From Podarcis erhardii (Eukaryota), in the NCBI GenBank assembly GCA_964252035.1, contig OZ176208.1: 64,000 bases of DNA. One strand, 5' to 3'. Below, piece by piece: positions 24,912 through 37,939 of the stretch (position 1 is its first letter; the number at the start of each line of letters is the position of its first letter). The notes under the pieces are model-generated. The model was not told the origin of the DNA. It worked only from the letters and a program-made list of their open reading frames with translations, and did no database searches. The position numbers and the translations under genes are program-made.

Positions 24912-26529
24912 GGCTTGCTGCAGTTGCTAAGTAAGTTTGCACCTTACCGTGGCCTTCTAAATGTTTATCAATGCAGTGTACCATAGTGGCTAACAGTGTA
25001 TTCTGTGAATCATGAGATTCTGGTTCAGATTTCCTCTCTGCCATGAGCACTACTTACTAGGCCTCAGCAAATATGGTACTGGTTGTTTTAAGCCTGAATA
25101 AGGAAATGTGTTTTAAACACTTTGAACTCTACAGAAAAGCAGGATATCGTCATTATTATTTGTAGCAGAAGTAGCGATAGGGAGAACTCCAGCCAGGCTT
25201 GGAACTGGGCTCAGGAAAACTAAGCTATTTTGCTAAAATTTGGAAAATTACTATGTTTACAGTGAGCCCAATTTAGATTCTATCATAATCCTGTTTATGT
25301 TTAAAGCTATTAAATTTATAAACAATATTTTTATCGATGCTGAAATTTCAGCAATGTTCTACTTTCATTGAGTAGATAAAGAAGAGAACAAGGTTTTGTT
25401 TTTCATGATCAGTTGCTATCAAGGTCTCCTAGACCAGGTCATCCAGTTGCTTTAATCCAGGCCTGGGGGGGGGGAGGGAGGGTGGAGAGGTAGGAGTGTT
25501 GGGGGTACGATGGACAAAGCAAGGGAGACTGAAGGTTTTCCCTGACTCAGATTGCAATCAGAGCTGGTAAGACTACTTTTGGAATTGTAATACAGGCCTC
25601 TTATTTGAGCTGATCATTATGAGCTGGCCAAATTCATATTTCTAAGACAGGAAATAATTTCAGCACCATCACTAATTATTATTTTGCTGCAGCTTAGCAT
25701 ATCACAAGGCAACAGAGCAGTACTCCCTGTGATTCTGCTATGCTCAAGACTGAAATATTGGCTGACCTGATGTATCCACCCCAGGAATGTTCTGTTGTAT
25801 TTTGATTTCTGTCCTCTTTCAATGCTGAAAAGTTTGTGTTTCCTAGGAACTATGAAGTGCCTCAGTAAAATGTCACTTTTTATAAAAGCATACAAAAAGA
25901 GAAAATAAGAGCAGGATCCATGGAATTACAAGAAGGCTCTTGCATTGTTCAAATCGGCACTGAACTATGACAGATCTCTCTGTGATGCCACGGAAGTGAA
26001 GTGAATGTTCATGTCAAGCACTGATGAGCACTTAGTCCTGAATGCCCTTATGCTCCATTTGCTTGAGGTTTCTAAAGGGCAAAACTCCGAAGCTCTGAGA
26101 CACAAGGTTGAGGGCATTTGGAAGGAGGAGAAGAGGAATTCCTAAGACCCTAGAACATGATTCCTTAGATGCAGGCACTATGTTGAGATTCGTGTGAAGT
26201 CAGTGATCACAATTTACAGCAGTGTAAGACATCCTTTCACTGGAGACAATATGTGGTCTGCCCTATGAAATGGTTGTGAATTCTAACCAATATCAGAAGA
26301 GGTGGTAATAATGGAAAGTATCTTCTGTGATCACTAATTGCCCCATTGGACCAAATCCACAGACTGTGCCCAAACCATGCAATGCAACAGCAGTCTAAAT
26401 GAATTAAATTAATTGAAAATAGTACAATTTAAAGCGAGCAAGATAAGAAGTTTATAAAATTATGCGTGGCATGGAGAAAGTGGATAGAGAAACACTTTTC
26501 TCCCTCTCTCATATTACTAAAATATGATT

Positions 26530-27119
26530 ACTTGCCCTGACCTATCCACTGTGATCCATGCAATGGTCACCTCCAGACTGGATTATTGTAACTTGTTCTA
26601 CTTGGGACTGCCCTTGAGACTGATCCAGAAACTCTAGCGGGTGCAGAATGCCGCGGCGAGACTCCTTACGGGGTCCTCACTGCGAGATCACATTCACCCG
26701 GTGCTATACCAGCTGCACTGGCTCCTGGTGGAGTATAGGATCAGGTTTAAGGTGCTGGTTTTAACCTTCAAAGTCCTATACGGCCTAGAACCCTCATACC
26801 TATGGGACCACCTCTCCTGGTATGTCCCACAGAAGAACTTACGGTCTTCAAACAAAAACATCTTGAAGGTCCCAGGCCACAGAGAGGTTAGGCTGGCCTC
26901 AACCAGAGCCAGGGCTTTTCCGCTGTGGCTCCAGTCTTTGATCAGGGCACAGCCTGACTCCCTCCTTTGGCAATCCTCACAGAATTTCTAGCCGAATGGT
27001 TTCCATTAATTTGATTGGAATTAATTTTATAATGAAATGATTTTAGAATGTTTTATCGTTTTACTGTTGTTAGCCGCTCTGAGCCTGACTTTGGCTGGGG
27101 AGGGCAGGATATAAATAAA

Positions 27120-27171
<52 letters not shown>
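26530..27171 (+). mobile_element. L2 LINE 3' fragment with (TTA)n tail
   Basis: QNAAARLLTG...HIHPVLYQLHWL...RIRFKVLVLTFK motif. (TTA)n run at 27121-27171. Confidence 0.9.
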
Positions 27172-27172
<1 letters not shown>

Positions 27173-29014
27173 AACTCATTGACATCTGATGAAGCTGAAT
27201 ATTGGAAGATACAAGGCAGAGATGGGTGGCTTTAAAAGAGGATTAGACAAATCCATGGGGGAAAGAGACTATTAAAAGCTACTAGCTACCGTGCCTATTC
27301 TCTGCCTCCACAGTTGAAGGCAGTAATGCTTCTGAATACCCATTGCTGGAAACTTCAGGAGCGTGCTATTCTACTCAGGTCCTGCTTGTGAGTTTCTCAG
27401 AAGCATCAGACAGAAAACACTGAGGGAACAGGATTCTGTAGTAGATGACGCACTAGTCTGATCGAGGATGCATGGGGGTGGGATGGAGAAAGGATTTGGA
27501 TCTCATCACATTCCTAGTGGTGATATTATCATATAATTGTAGAGTTGGAAGTGTTTCCAAAGGTCATTTAGTTCAACTTCTTGCACTGCAGGAATCTCAA
27601 CACGCAGTCTCCCATCCAGTTTGAAACCATACAAGACCCTGCTTAGCTTTGCAAATGTGCTAGCGGTTTTATTGCTGCACCACTCATGTATTGTTCCATC
27701 ATGGAACATAAGGCATTGTAATGTGGTTCTCAGGCAAGCTTCCTTGCAGGCACTGACCTGTTTAGCTTCCACGAAGTGGTGGTCTCATATAATCAGTCTA
27801 TGCATTGGGGCCTATACTGGGAGTGCAATGTGTTCGGAATTTAACATGCAAAAAATTAAGTCAGGCCCAGTTTTTCTTAGAAAATAGCGTGGTTTGCCCT
27901 TCCAAATTGAGCCAAAAGGTTATTAAATAAATATTTGATCAGATCAAAGCAATCTGGAAAATCTCAATTATTGTCTATATTATCTATATTGCTCTAAGTC
28001 CACAAGTATGGACCAGTACACAGACAATGATATACCTGATGTTGGGGATTCTGTGGCTCTGCAGATGTCATTGGACCCCATCATCCTTTAGCATTGATCA
28101 TCCCAGATGGAGGAGGGCTACAGGTTCTCCATCTGTCATATACATTTCACAATATGCAGGGTACTGGTGTATCCCCATAGATAAAGTCCATAGGAACAAT
28201 ACAGTTCTGTAACACTCCTCTAGCATATCTACAAACTACATTACACCTGGAACAAAGATACTACTGACTTTAAAACTCTGTAATAACATAAAGATTGATT
28301 AGCAAATTGTAGTTGTAGCAGAGGTGCCTTAAACAAAGTTATTTGTTGCTGGCAGGCTTTCACAAATGAATATATTGGCGAGGGTCATGTATGTAAATAT
28401 GAAAGTGGATGTACTTAGGGCCTCATTTATTAGGAGGAGAATAAAAACAAATTTAATTGGTTCTTTGGCATTAATTTATTTTTCTTTATTATATATATTG
28501 ATTAGCTGGAGTCATATCATGGTCAGAAATTGATTCCTGCTTAGAATCATTTAAGACTTTGGCATTTATTTGATCCACCACTGCATTCTGACGTCTCTCT
28601 AATGAGTTATTGTAATTTGCTTTTGAAGATATAGATTCCAGAATGTTTTGTTTAATTATGTCTTCCCCTTCTGCACACCTCAATGAATTCTTCCTTTTGT
28701 AAAAGATAAATGTTTCTGAATTTTTCAAGAAACTGCTTGCTGAGATTAGAAAAATGGCTTCTTATTTTCCCTTCTGTGAAGGAATGAGATACATTTTGAC
28801 ATATTGGCTACACCATTATCTCAACATCAAATCTATTTCAGATTGAATATGCAACAATCCATTATTCAGAATGGCAGTAAGCAACATGACTTGGGGCGGG
28901 GGAACACCAATATACTGCTCCCAAAAATCTGTTCCATCCATTAAGCATTACAGCTGAAAGTTCAGAAACCCTAGAGCACTTTCACCAAGCATTTGCCTCC
29001 ATGTAAGGCATCCA

Positions 29015-29375
29015 GGGACGTGGGTGGCGCTGTGGGTTAAGCCTAGGACTTGCTGATCAGAAGGTCAGCAGTTCTAATCCCTGCAGCGGGGTGAGCTCCC
29101 GTTCCTCGGTCCCTGCTCCTGCCAACCTAGCAGTTTGAAAGCACGTCAAAGTGCAAGTAGATAAATAGGTACCACTCTGGCAGGAAGGTAAACGGCATTT
29201 CCGTGCACTGCTCTGGTTCGCAAGAAGCGGCTTAGTCATGCTGGCCACATGACCCGGAAGCTGTACGCCGGCTCCCTCGGCCAATAAAGCGAGATGAGCG
29301 CCACAACCCCATAGTTGGTCACGACTGGACCTAATGATCAGGGGTCCCTTTACCTTTACCTTTACCTTTACCTTT
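29015..29375 (+). mobile_element. Full-length Sauria SINE
   Basis: gggacgtgggtggcgctgtgggttaa head and (ACCTTT)n tail. TSD-like taaggcatcca/taaggcataca. Confidence 0.95.
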
Positions 29376-31691
29376 AAGGCATACAGGTAGGTCTGGGAGA
29401 GACCCCTGTCTAGTGTCTTGGAGAAGTGTTGCTAGTCAGTGGAGACAATAGTGGTCTGGTTCAGTATGGCAACGTCATATGTTACTTCCTATTACTGTAG
29501 CAGTTTAATAGCACAGTGGCTGACCAGTCTGCCCAGCCTACCTCCTCTGTCTTTCCCCAGGGGAAACAGCCTCATATTTTTCTAGCAAAATATATATTTT
29601 CCCTCCAGAGATGATGCAGCTGGACCACACGGTCCATTATCTCAGATGGAAACAATGCGCAGGACATAATTTGGAAAAGTTCTTAAATTTCAAAATGTGG
29701 AGTAAAAACAGTCACATTTGGCATTCAGTTTTTGAGCAGTGAAAACTGAGGCTTTGGATTTTTGAAATCCCCCACCTCATATGTTGAGTGCAAGAGCAAC
29801 CCAGTGCATGGTTACTCAGAATTAAGCTTCACTGTGATCAGAGAATCTTACTCCCAAATAAGTGTGTACACAAAGGTGGCGAACCTGTGGCCCATGTTGT
29901 GAGACTCCAGCTCCCAACATCCATAGCTACTGGACATGTTGGTTGGAGCAGAAACGATTTGAAATCCAATGACGACTGGAGGGCCACCCTTGATGCATAA
30001 GACGTCCCAGCCCCTGTCCATGTCCCTCTCCCTCTCTCTCTCTCTCTATATGCTAGCTTTTCTTTCAATATATTGTGAAGCTACTCTCTCTTGCTTTGCA
30101 AATCATTGCACCAGTCTCCTAATCTATAACAGCCTACAATAGAACTGATTTTTAGTGAGAGATCCCATGCTCTTTTACAACTGACTAACAAGCCAAGGGT
30201 TGTGGTATTTATACATGCAATTACTAGTTGGGGGAACGCTGCTGGTAGTTATATTTCTCTAAAGATGTACCACTTCATTAATTAGTCTTCCCCCTGTGCT
30301 CCATAATTGCTAGTCCATAATTCCTTAGAGAAGATTTATTGCTTCTTTATTTCCTATGATTTACATGTAAATAATCAAGATTAACCACAATTCAGCATGC
30401 TATTATGACATGAGCAGGGTTAAAATTAACAGAGCTTTTCTCATTAGTGAATAATACTTTCATGTTTAAAGGTCTTTAATTGTTTTGGAGATTTGTGTGT
30501 GAACTGAAGAAATTCTCCTTGATTCATTCTGACAAGGGCAAATCACATAGCCTTTAAAAAAAAAGAAACACTGATGATTACATGATAAATAAACCTCAAG
30601 CTGACTATTTAGAAAGCCAGTTGGTCTTCTGAATGCTCCAGCAGGCATTAGGTGAGTGACTCAGAACTTTCTCCCTTGACCAATATTTCATATGTCCTCA
30701 AGGATGAGATCAAGATATCAGAAACCTGCTCTGCAGCAGCTCATAGCAGGGCTTTGTATTGTGTCTGCCCCTGTTCTGTGGACTAGTTTTCCTGTCAGGA
30801 TATGACAGGAACCCACTACCTGAACTTTCTGGAAACAATTATATTACATTTTTATTCTGACAGGCTTTCCCAGTTGGTCTTTGCCATGAGTATTTGTTTA
30901 GTATTGTTTTAAATGTATCAGGGGGTTTTGGTGTGTGCTCTTTTAACTCCCCCTCCACCCCCCCCCATTTTTATTGGACATCATCTTGAGACAATTTGAT
31001 AGAAGGGGATGATTGAATTAACAATAACAGGCTCATCATTAGCACCTGGCATCCTTAGGCACATCATCATAATCATCAGTTTATTGCCTTAGTGTGCCAG
31101 CAGAACCCATAAGCACTCTTGCCTTCCCTGGGACTCCTTGGCATGCACTGCAAGCTACCATTTTAAAATTCTCACAGTGCCTTGGAGCACCCAAGTTGCA
31201 TCGTTCCAGAGGATCCTGTCAAGTTTAATGTGGCAGTCACACGCTACCAGTTGGCGGCCTCCCGGCTCCACTCAGAGGAGCTACCAGTGGGCAACATACC
31301 AAGCTACCCCCGAGCTGGAGCTTACTCTGGTAAAGTTTACATATATACGATGTTAGCTGTAAATGGCATATATGATGTTAGCTGTAAGACAGCTGGGTGT
31401 GACTTGGCCAAAATGGCCTGACGGACCAAATCTGGAGGCTTGGTGGGCCTGATTAGACCCACAGGGAGGAGGTTACGCAGCCCTGGATTAGTACACTGAA
31501 AGGTATTACAATATCCTATAGGCTGATGGAGAGGATACTAATTCCTTGTGCCCCATCTTTTTTGCAACCCTCTATTGCTGTTCAGTAGCTGGTTTGCAAC
31601 ATGGCCTCTGCTCTTGGAAATGCCTTCCTATATTTATAACAGGAATTAAATATGAAGGAGAAATTGCATTGGGGTGGTATCTTAACACTTA

Positions 31692-32292
31692 CACCCTTGT
31701 ACAAATTAATTGAAACAAAGCATGTTTTCTATCTTACTCATAATTCTGTACTCAAACACAAAAAGTCAGTTGATCATTATGGTGTTGGAAGCCTGCAGCC
31801 AATAGAAGGAATGGTGCTCTCGCCACAATATATTGAGGTTCTATGAAATAGAGTTATTCCAGAGCTGGAAAAGATGTATCCTGACGGTACTGGGATATTG
31901 CAGCAGGACCTAGCCCCCGGTCACACATTGAAAGTGGTGAATAAATTCATGACAGAGCAGCAAATACAGATACTTGATTTGCCAGGGAATTCCCTGGACG
32001 TAAATCCCATTGAGAATTTGTGGGCTAAATGCAAAAGTTGCCTCCGTGCTGTAGACTGTATGACTATGGAGAAGCTCATTTAGGCGCTGATTCAAGTGTG
32101 GTACAGGGATCCGAAAATCAACAGTGACTATTCAAAACTAGTAGACTCCATGCCAAACCGTGTTCAAATGCTGCATTAAAATAGCTGAGGTCATATCGTT
32201 ACTAATGTACGTATATGTGAATTTTGTACATATATATGTGAGATTTGTACAATAAACTACATTGTTTGTTTCAATTAATTTGCCCAAGGGTG
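31692..32292 (+). mobile_element. Internally deleted Tc1 element with a transposase C-terminal remnant
   Basis: TIR cacccttgtacaaattaattgaaacaaa / tttgtttcaattaatttgcccaagggtg, with TA on the left. The ORF carries QQDLAPGH...PGNSLDVNPIENLW (Tc1 DD34E region), followed by LVDSMPNRVQ with in-frame stops. Confidence 0.92.
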
Positions 32293-33066
32293 CACTTCCA
32301 ACTCTTCTCTCTTGCCTGGTGCAAATCTCAATGTGTGACAAATGAAATGAGTGCTCCATTTCTATTTTCAAATTTAGAAACCCATTTAGCTCCATAACAG
32401 CTCTAAAAAGCAACTTACTTGAAGAACGCAATCTTAACTTGTTTCAGAAATACACAATGCCTAGCCTAGCCATTGCTAAAGAAATAACTTTTGTTAATCT
32501 TTGCATTGTTATCATTATTATTAGAAGCCACTTGTTCTAGCGGAACCTCAAATTCAGGATTCAAACATATAAAACATTATGACAATGGCATATATTATTG
32601 AGGATTTAATTAGGACAAACCTTAATTATAAATAGATCATTCAGAATTATCCTGTGACTTTGTGCTCAACCAAACTCATAAAGACGTTTAATTATTGCTC
32701 TCATGTTTGTGCTGGGATGACAAATAGACTTGGAGATAACAACATTGTTAGGTTAACATTTCCAATAAAGAGGAATAATTATTTGATTACATTGATATTT
32801 TATGAGACTTGGAAATATTTTTGTTAGCAAGCATGTCGTCTAATAAATCTGTTCAGCTTAAAGCCATGTTAGCTTACTCATTGTGCAATCAAGATCACAT
32901 TTACCCTTCTCAAATTTATGTGCATCTGTTTTAAAGTCTGCTTCATTTCCGCTAGTGAACTCCTGGATTCATTAAAATCAACAATAACAGAAGCAGGAGA
33001 AGCCACACTGCCTTCCATTTCATTGTGATATTTCTCTACAGGATAGAAGAAAGCGTAACTTAGACT

Positions 33067-33425
33067 GCAATTCTATACTCCAGGGTGGGAAATCTTTTTC
33101 AGCCCATGGGTGGGGGGCACATTCCCTTGTGTGCAACCTTCTGAGGGTCGCAGGCCATTGGTGCATGGGAGCCGAGGCAAAAATGGGCAGAGGGATGGAT
33201 GCAAATCTTACCTCTGTACAGCAGGCCACATTCCAGCCATACAAAGCCTGAGGTTTCTGCATGTGCGCACATCCCTCAATCTAAGCAAACAAAAGTTTAA
33301 GGACATACTTCAGCCAGGCAAAAACAATTGAGGGGGATGCAGAGCAGGGTTGGTAAGTAGTGTGACCTGAGGAGAAGGGATGTGGTCTAGGGAACAGCCA
33401 CATTTGGCTGAGGTTCCACACCTCT
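33067..33425. mobile_element. hAT-like MITE (degenerate)
   Basis: cagggtgggaaatc...ggttccacacctct termini with a typical ggccacatt internal sequence. Confidence 0.5.
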
Positions 33426-33742
33426 AGGGCCCTGACCTCATTTTAAGTAGCTCCCAGCAGTGCCTGAAATGTCCCCATTCTTCAGTCTCATCAGAGTGTC
33501 TTTCTTCCTGTTCATTTCCTCCTTATTTCTTCTGGCATTTAAAGTATTCCCCCCACCCTTTTAATATTTCTTCTTTTCCTTTTTCTGGTTGTATAGTTTG
33601 GGGGAAGGTTTTCCTTCAACTGTCTGAACAAGCGGATGGGCTTCTGTCATAAGTGGAGTGTGACAAGGGATGAGTGAATCTGTTAATTTCAGTTTTCGTT
33701 ATCAGTTTTTCTTTTTCCCTGCCTTATGTTTAGTTTGCTATA

Positions 33743-33968
33743 CAGTGGTACCTCAGGTTAAGTACTTAATTCGTTCCGGAGATCCGTTCTTAACCTGAAA
33801 CTGTTCTTAACCTGAAGCACCACTTTAGCTAATGGGGACTCCTGCTGCCGTCGCGCCACCTGAGCACGATTTCTGTTCTCATCCTGAAGCAAAGTTCTTA
33901 ACCTGAAGCACTATTTCTGGGTTAGCGGAGTCTGTAACCTGAAGCATATGTAACCCAAGGTACCACTG
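33743..33968. mobile_element. Tigger/pogo-like MITE (226 bp), second copy
   Basis: Same TIRs and TA flanks as 12511-12736, in the opposite orientation. Confidence 0.92.
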
Positions 33969-34093
33969 TATTTCCATTTTGTGATACCCTCCCCATGAGA
34001 AATCCTCATGAAGATTTCTCAAAATTTTTGCAAGCAGCTCTGTCTGACCTAATGTTGTATGTTATGTTCTTTAATATATGCATATTTATACAT

Positions 34094-34993
34094 AGAATAG
34101 AATCATAGAGTTGGAAGAGACCACAAGGGCCACCGAGTCCAACCCCCTGCCAAGCAGGAAACACCATCAGAGCACTCCTGACATATGGTTGTCAAGCCTC
34201 TGCTTAAAGAGCTCCAAAGAAGGAGACTCCACCACACTCCTTGGCAGCAAATTCCACTGTCGAACAGCTCTTACTGTCAGGAAGTTCTTCCTAATGTTTA
34301 GGTGGAATCTTCTTTCTTGTAGTTTGGAACCATTGCTCCGTGTCCGCTTCTCTGGAGCAGCAGAAAACAACCTTTCTCCCTCCTCTATGTGACATCCTTT
34401 TATATATTTGAACATGGCTATCATATCACCCCTTAACCTCCTCTTCTCCAGGCTAAACATGCCCAGCTCCCTTAGCCGTTCCTCATAAGGCATCGTTTCC
34501 AGGCCTTTGACCATTTTGGTTGCCCTCCTCTGGACCCGTTCCAGTTTGTCAGTGTCCTTCTTGAACTGTGGTGCCCAGAACTGGACACAGTACTCCAGGT
34601 GAGGTCTGACCAGAGCAGAATACAGTGGCACTATTACTTCCCTTGATCTAGATGCAATACTCCTATTGATGCAGCCCAGAATTGCATTGGCTTTTTTAGC
34701 TGCCGCGTCACACTGTTGGCTCATGTCAAGTTTGTGGTCAACCAAGACTCCTAGATCCTTTTCACATGTACTGCTCTCCAGCCAGGTGTCACCCGTCTTG
34801 TATTTGTGCCTCTCATTTTTTTTGCCCAAGTGCAATACTTTACATTTCTCCCTGTTAAAATTCATCTTGTTTGTTTTGGCCCAGTTCTCTAATCTGTCAA
34901 GGTCGTTTTGAAGTGTGATCCTGTCCTCTGGGGTGTTAGCCACCCCTCCCAGTTTGGTGTCATCTGCAAATTTGATCAGGATGCCCTTGAGTC
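34094..34993 (-). mobile_element. CR1 LINE 3' fragment (young) with an open 258-aa ORF2 C-terminus
   Basis: ...LIKFADDT just upstream, then ANTPEDRITLQNDLDRLENWAK...KCKVLHLG...PHLEYCVQFWAP...; (ATTCT)-type tail. Confidence 0.97.
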
Positions 34994-35189
34994 CTAGGAT
35001 ACGCTAGGATACCCTAGCGTATGCATTCTTGTACACATTACTTTTTGGTGATCTTCATTGCAAAATTCGAAGAAGTGTGAATTTGGAAAGAATGGCTGTG
35101 TTTCAGTTCACATATTGTTTTGGGAAATGTGAATGAACTGAACTGGATTTCTTTTCCATTCTTAAAGGCTTATTCACACTTCCTATTGT

Positions 35190-35430
35190 CCTGCCAACCT
35201 AGCAGTTTGAAAGCACGCCAAAGTGCAAGTAGATAAATAGGTACCGCTCTGGCAGGAAGGTAAATGGCGTTTCCGTGTGCTGCTCTGGTTCACCAGAAGT
35301 GGCTTAGTCATGCTGGCTACATGACCCAGAAGCTGTATGCCGGCTCCCTCAGCCAGTAAAGTGAGATGAGCGCTGCAACCCCAGAGTCGTCCGCGACTGG
35401 ACCTAACGGTCAGGGGTCCCTTTACCTTTT
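35190..35430 (+). mobile_element. 5'-truncated Sauria SINE
   Basis: ctgccaacctagcagtttgaaagcacg...ggggtccctttacctttt. TSD-like tattgtcctgc/tatcgtcctgc. Confidence 0.92.
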
Positions 35431-35599
35431 ATCGTCCTGCTGCTTTCTCCTGGGGAAACCCTCTATTTAGCACTCAAACAGAGAGAGACCTGTCACCACC
35501 ATAGCAAGTCATCTCCCAGAAGCAGGGTCAGAGTTCAGTCACAGCTCCCAAACCAGGATGCAGAAGCACCTTGCCCAATTCACCGAGCTCTAATGGAGT

Positions 35600-35853
35600 G
35601 AAGAGGAGAAGAAGAGTTTGGATTTGATATCCCGCCTTTCACTCCCTTTAAGGAGTCTCAAAGCGGCTAACATTCTCCTTTCCCTTCCTCCCCCACAACA
35701 AACACTCTGTGAGGTGAGTGGGGCTGAGAGACTTCAGAGAAGTTTGACTGGCCCAAGGTCACCCATCAGCTGCATGTGGAGGAGCGGAGACATGAACCCG
35801 GTTCCCCAGATTATGAGACTACCGCTCTTAACCACTACACCACACTGGCTCTC
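35600..35853 (-). mobile_element. Squam3-like SINE, second copy
   Basis: Near-identical to 1798-2062. Confidence 0.85.
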
Positions 35854-37495
35854 TGGTCAGTCGGTGACCATTTTGGCTCAGGCTTACCATCTTTCTTTTC
35901 TCATGATATAATTTACACTTTCCCTCATTTATAATAGCTCAACCCTCCATCCTCCCCAAAAGTGTATGGCTCCTAAAACATCCCGGCCCAAAGGTGTGCT
36001 GACTTTAGATCCCAGTGTGCTTTATACTCCTCTGCAAAATGCCCCCCCCCCATCTCTCTCCTCAGTGAGTCACAACATTAACTCATCACAAGCCTCAGCG
36101 GCTTTCCCCCTGCAGATTGACGAGAGCTCTCAGCCATGCGTTTCCCTCTGAATTACCACCAATGCAATGTGAAAAGAACAAGGTTCCTCATGTAATAAAT
36201 CATGACAGTCTTCCTGTGAATGTAATGTGTGACTGTGCTTCCAAGCCCTAATCCATAAGTTACCATGGTGATCGGGTGTCAGCCAGAGCTCGCTTCCTCA
36301 TGTCGCAACAGTAATATATGCTGACAGCCGCCATATGGATCACCTGAATTTGGGTGGTTAGGCCCCACACTAATGCTGAACCTCTGTTTGGAGCTGCGGG
36401 GCTGGAAACTCTATGGGGTGACCCATATAGCTGCAGGTTGCATTAAAGAGTGCTTCAGTGGGAAGCCCCAGCCACAAAGAAATGAATTTTGAGCAGCAAT
36501 GATGTTGCCATGGTGATGGATGAATCAGGCCCATGAGAGGAGTTTTTCTCTCTCTTCCTTTTCTTTTCAGGAGACAATGATAAGAGAGATTATTATGGGT
36601 CTGATCACCTAATAAGTGTGTTTTTTAAGTGACAAAAAAAGAGACTGAACCTATTTCTTATGCCGTGCTTCCAGTGACGATGGCGTTGATTATGAGTGTG
36701 GCGGCAGGAGAAATACTTCCACTACAGGCTGAGCAGAATTTTATGCACTTTAGACAGGATAAAAATGAGATGAACGCGTTAATGATTTTAAAAGCTATCG
36801 GAACCTCAGCTTGACAAATGAAGTGAATCGCTCAAAATGGAATGTGTTAACATTAAGAGTGCAGTTGCAAGATGTAGGCCAGATTAAGGAATCCATCTGC
36901 TGTGGGGATGCAAACCTGTCTTGCCTTATCGTGGAGTTTGAATGAAGTTATGTATTCAACGGCTGACATATTTGCATCACCATCTCTCATTGGTTGGCTC
37001 TCAGCAATGCACGTTCTTTTGATCTTGGTTTGCCATCTGTAACACTGCAGTAGTAATCACCCACCCACAAAGTTGTTTGGGGGAGCAAATGGAATAGTTA
37101 ATGCAAAGTCCTTTTATTTGTGTGTGTGTAAATTACAGGGCTTTTTTAAAAAAGCATGTGATTCTTGCTCTGTCCATTGACAGAGCTATGTGCATGTAGC
37201 GCCACCTGAATAATCAAGGGGGTTATTGCTTTCGTTTGTTACTATGTTACACATTTTGGTTTTTTAAATTTTTAAACTGCCCTGTGATCCTTGAATGAAG
37301 GGCAGTATAGGAATTTAAATAGAAATAAAGAAACAGTTTTTTTCCCAAATGCATAAATTCCCCATCAGACACCCCATGCTAAAAGAAAGAAAAAAATCCA
37401 CATGAACACAAAGCATGCTTACACCCTGTATCAGTGAGAGTTTCTCCATTGGCACCTGTAGCCCTTGCACCCGTGTAAATCCTGCACCCATGTAA

Positions 37496-37939
37496 TGTTA
37501 AGATTCCTGCTCCGTGATTGCAGTCATGGGATTGTTGTCTATCACATGACGGTGTATGTTTTGACTCAACAGAGCGGGAAGTGATGGAGACAGGATGTTT
37601 GTGTTACTGTATTCCGCGAAGTGGGACTATTGTCCTTTGTTCTCTCTCCTTTGCTGTCTGATGAGAGAGAGGAAGGAGCTAAGTCAGAATGCTCTGAGTG
37701 TATTGTATGTAAATAAACGTAGATTAGCTAAATGCTGAGCTACTGAGTTCTGTTACACGAACTGCGCAAACTCTGCGGATCCCTAAGTGTGCCAATGTCT
37801 GTTGGCATCAGTCGCTGTGATGTTCAGGCTGAAGAAAGCTTTTGAAGCTCTCGAACGATCAGCCCAGAGGGAGAGAAAATGCCAGTCGGGCATGTGTCTC
37901 TCCCAGGGTCCTACTTGAGAGTAGGGTGAGCTCCTGACC
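37496..37939 (+). mobile_element. Solo LTR-like element
   Basis: TGTTAAGATTCC...CTCCTGACC with TSD tgtaa (37491-37495, 37940-37944) and an internal AATAAA. Homologous to 43417-43854 and 55539-55625. Confidence 0.75.

Noticed and set aside
24742-25050. ORF spanning the N gap and an exon-like segment at 24945-25035
   Set aside because: An artefact of Ns; the acceptor is weak and overlaps a decayed SINE-like head.
32418-32474. 57-nt minus-strand exon-like segment with good splice sites
   Set aside because: Stops in all three frames.
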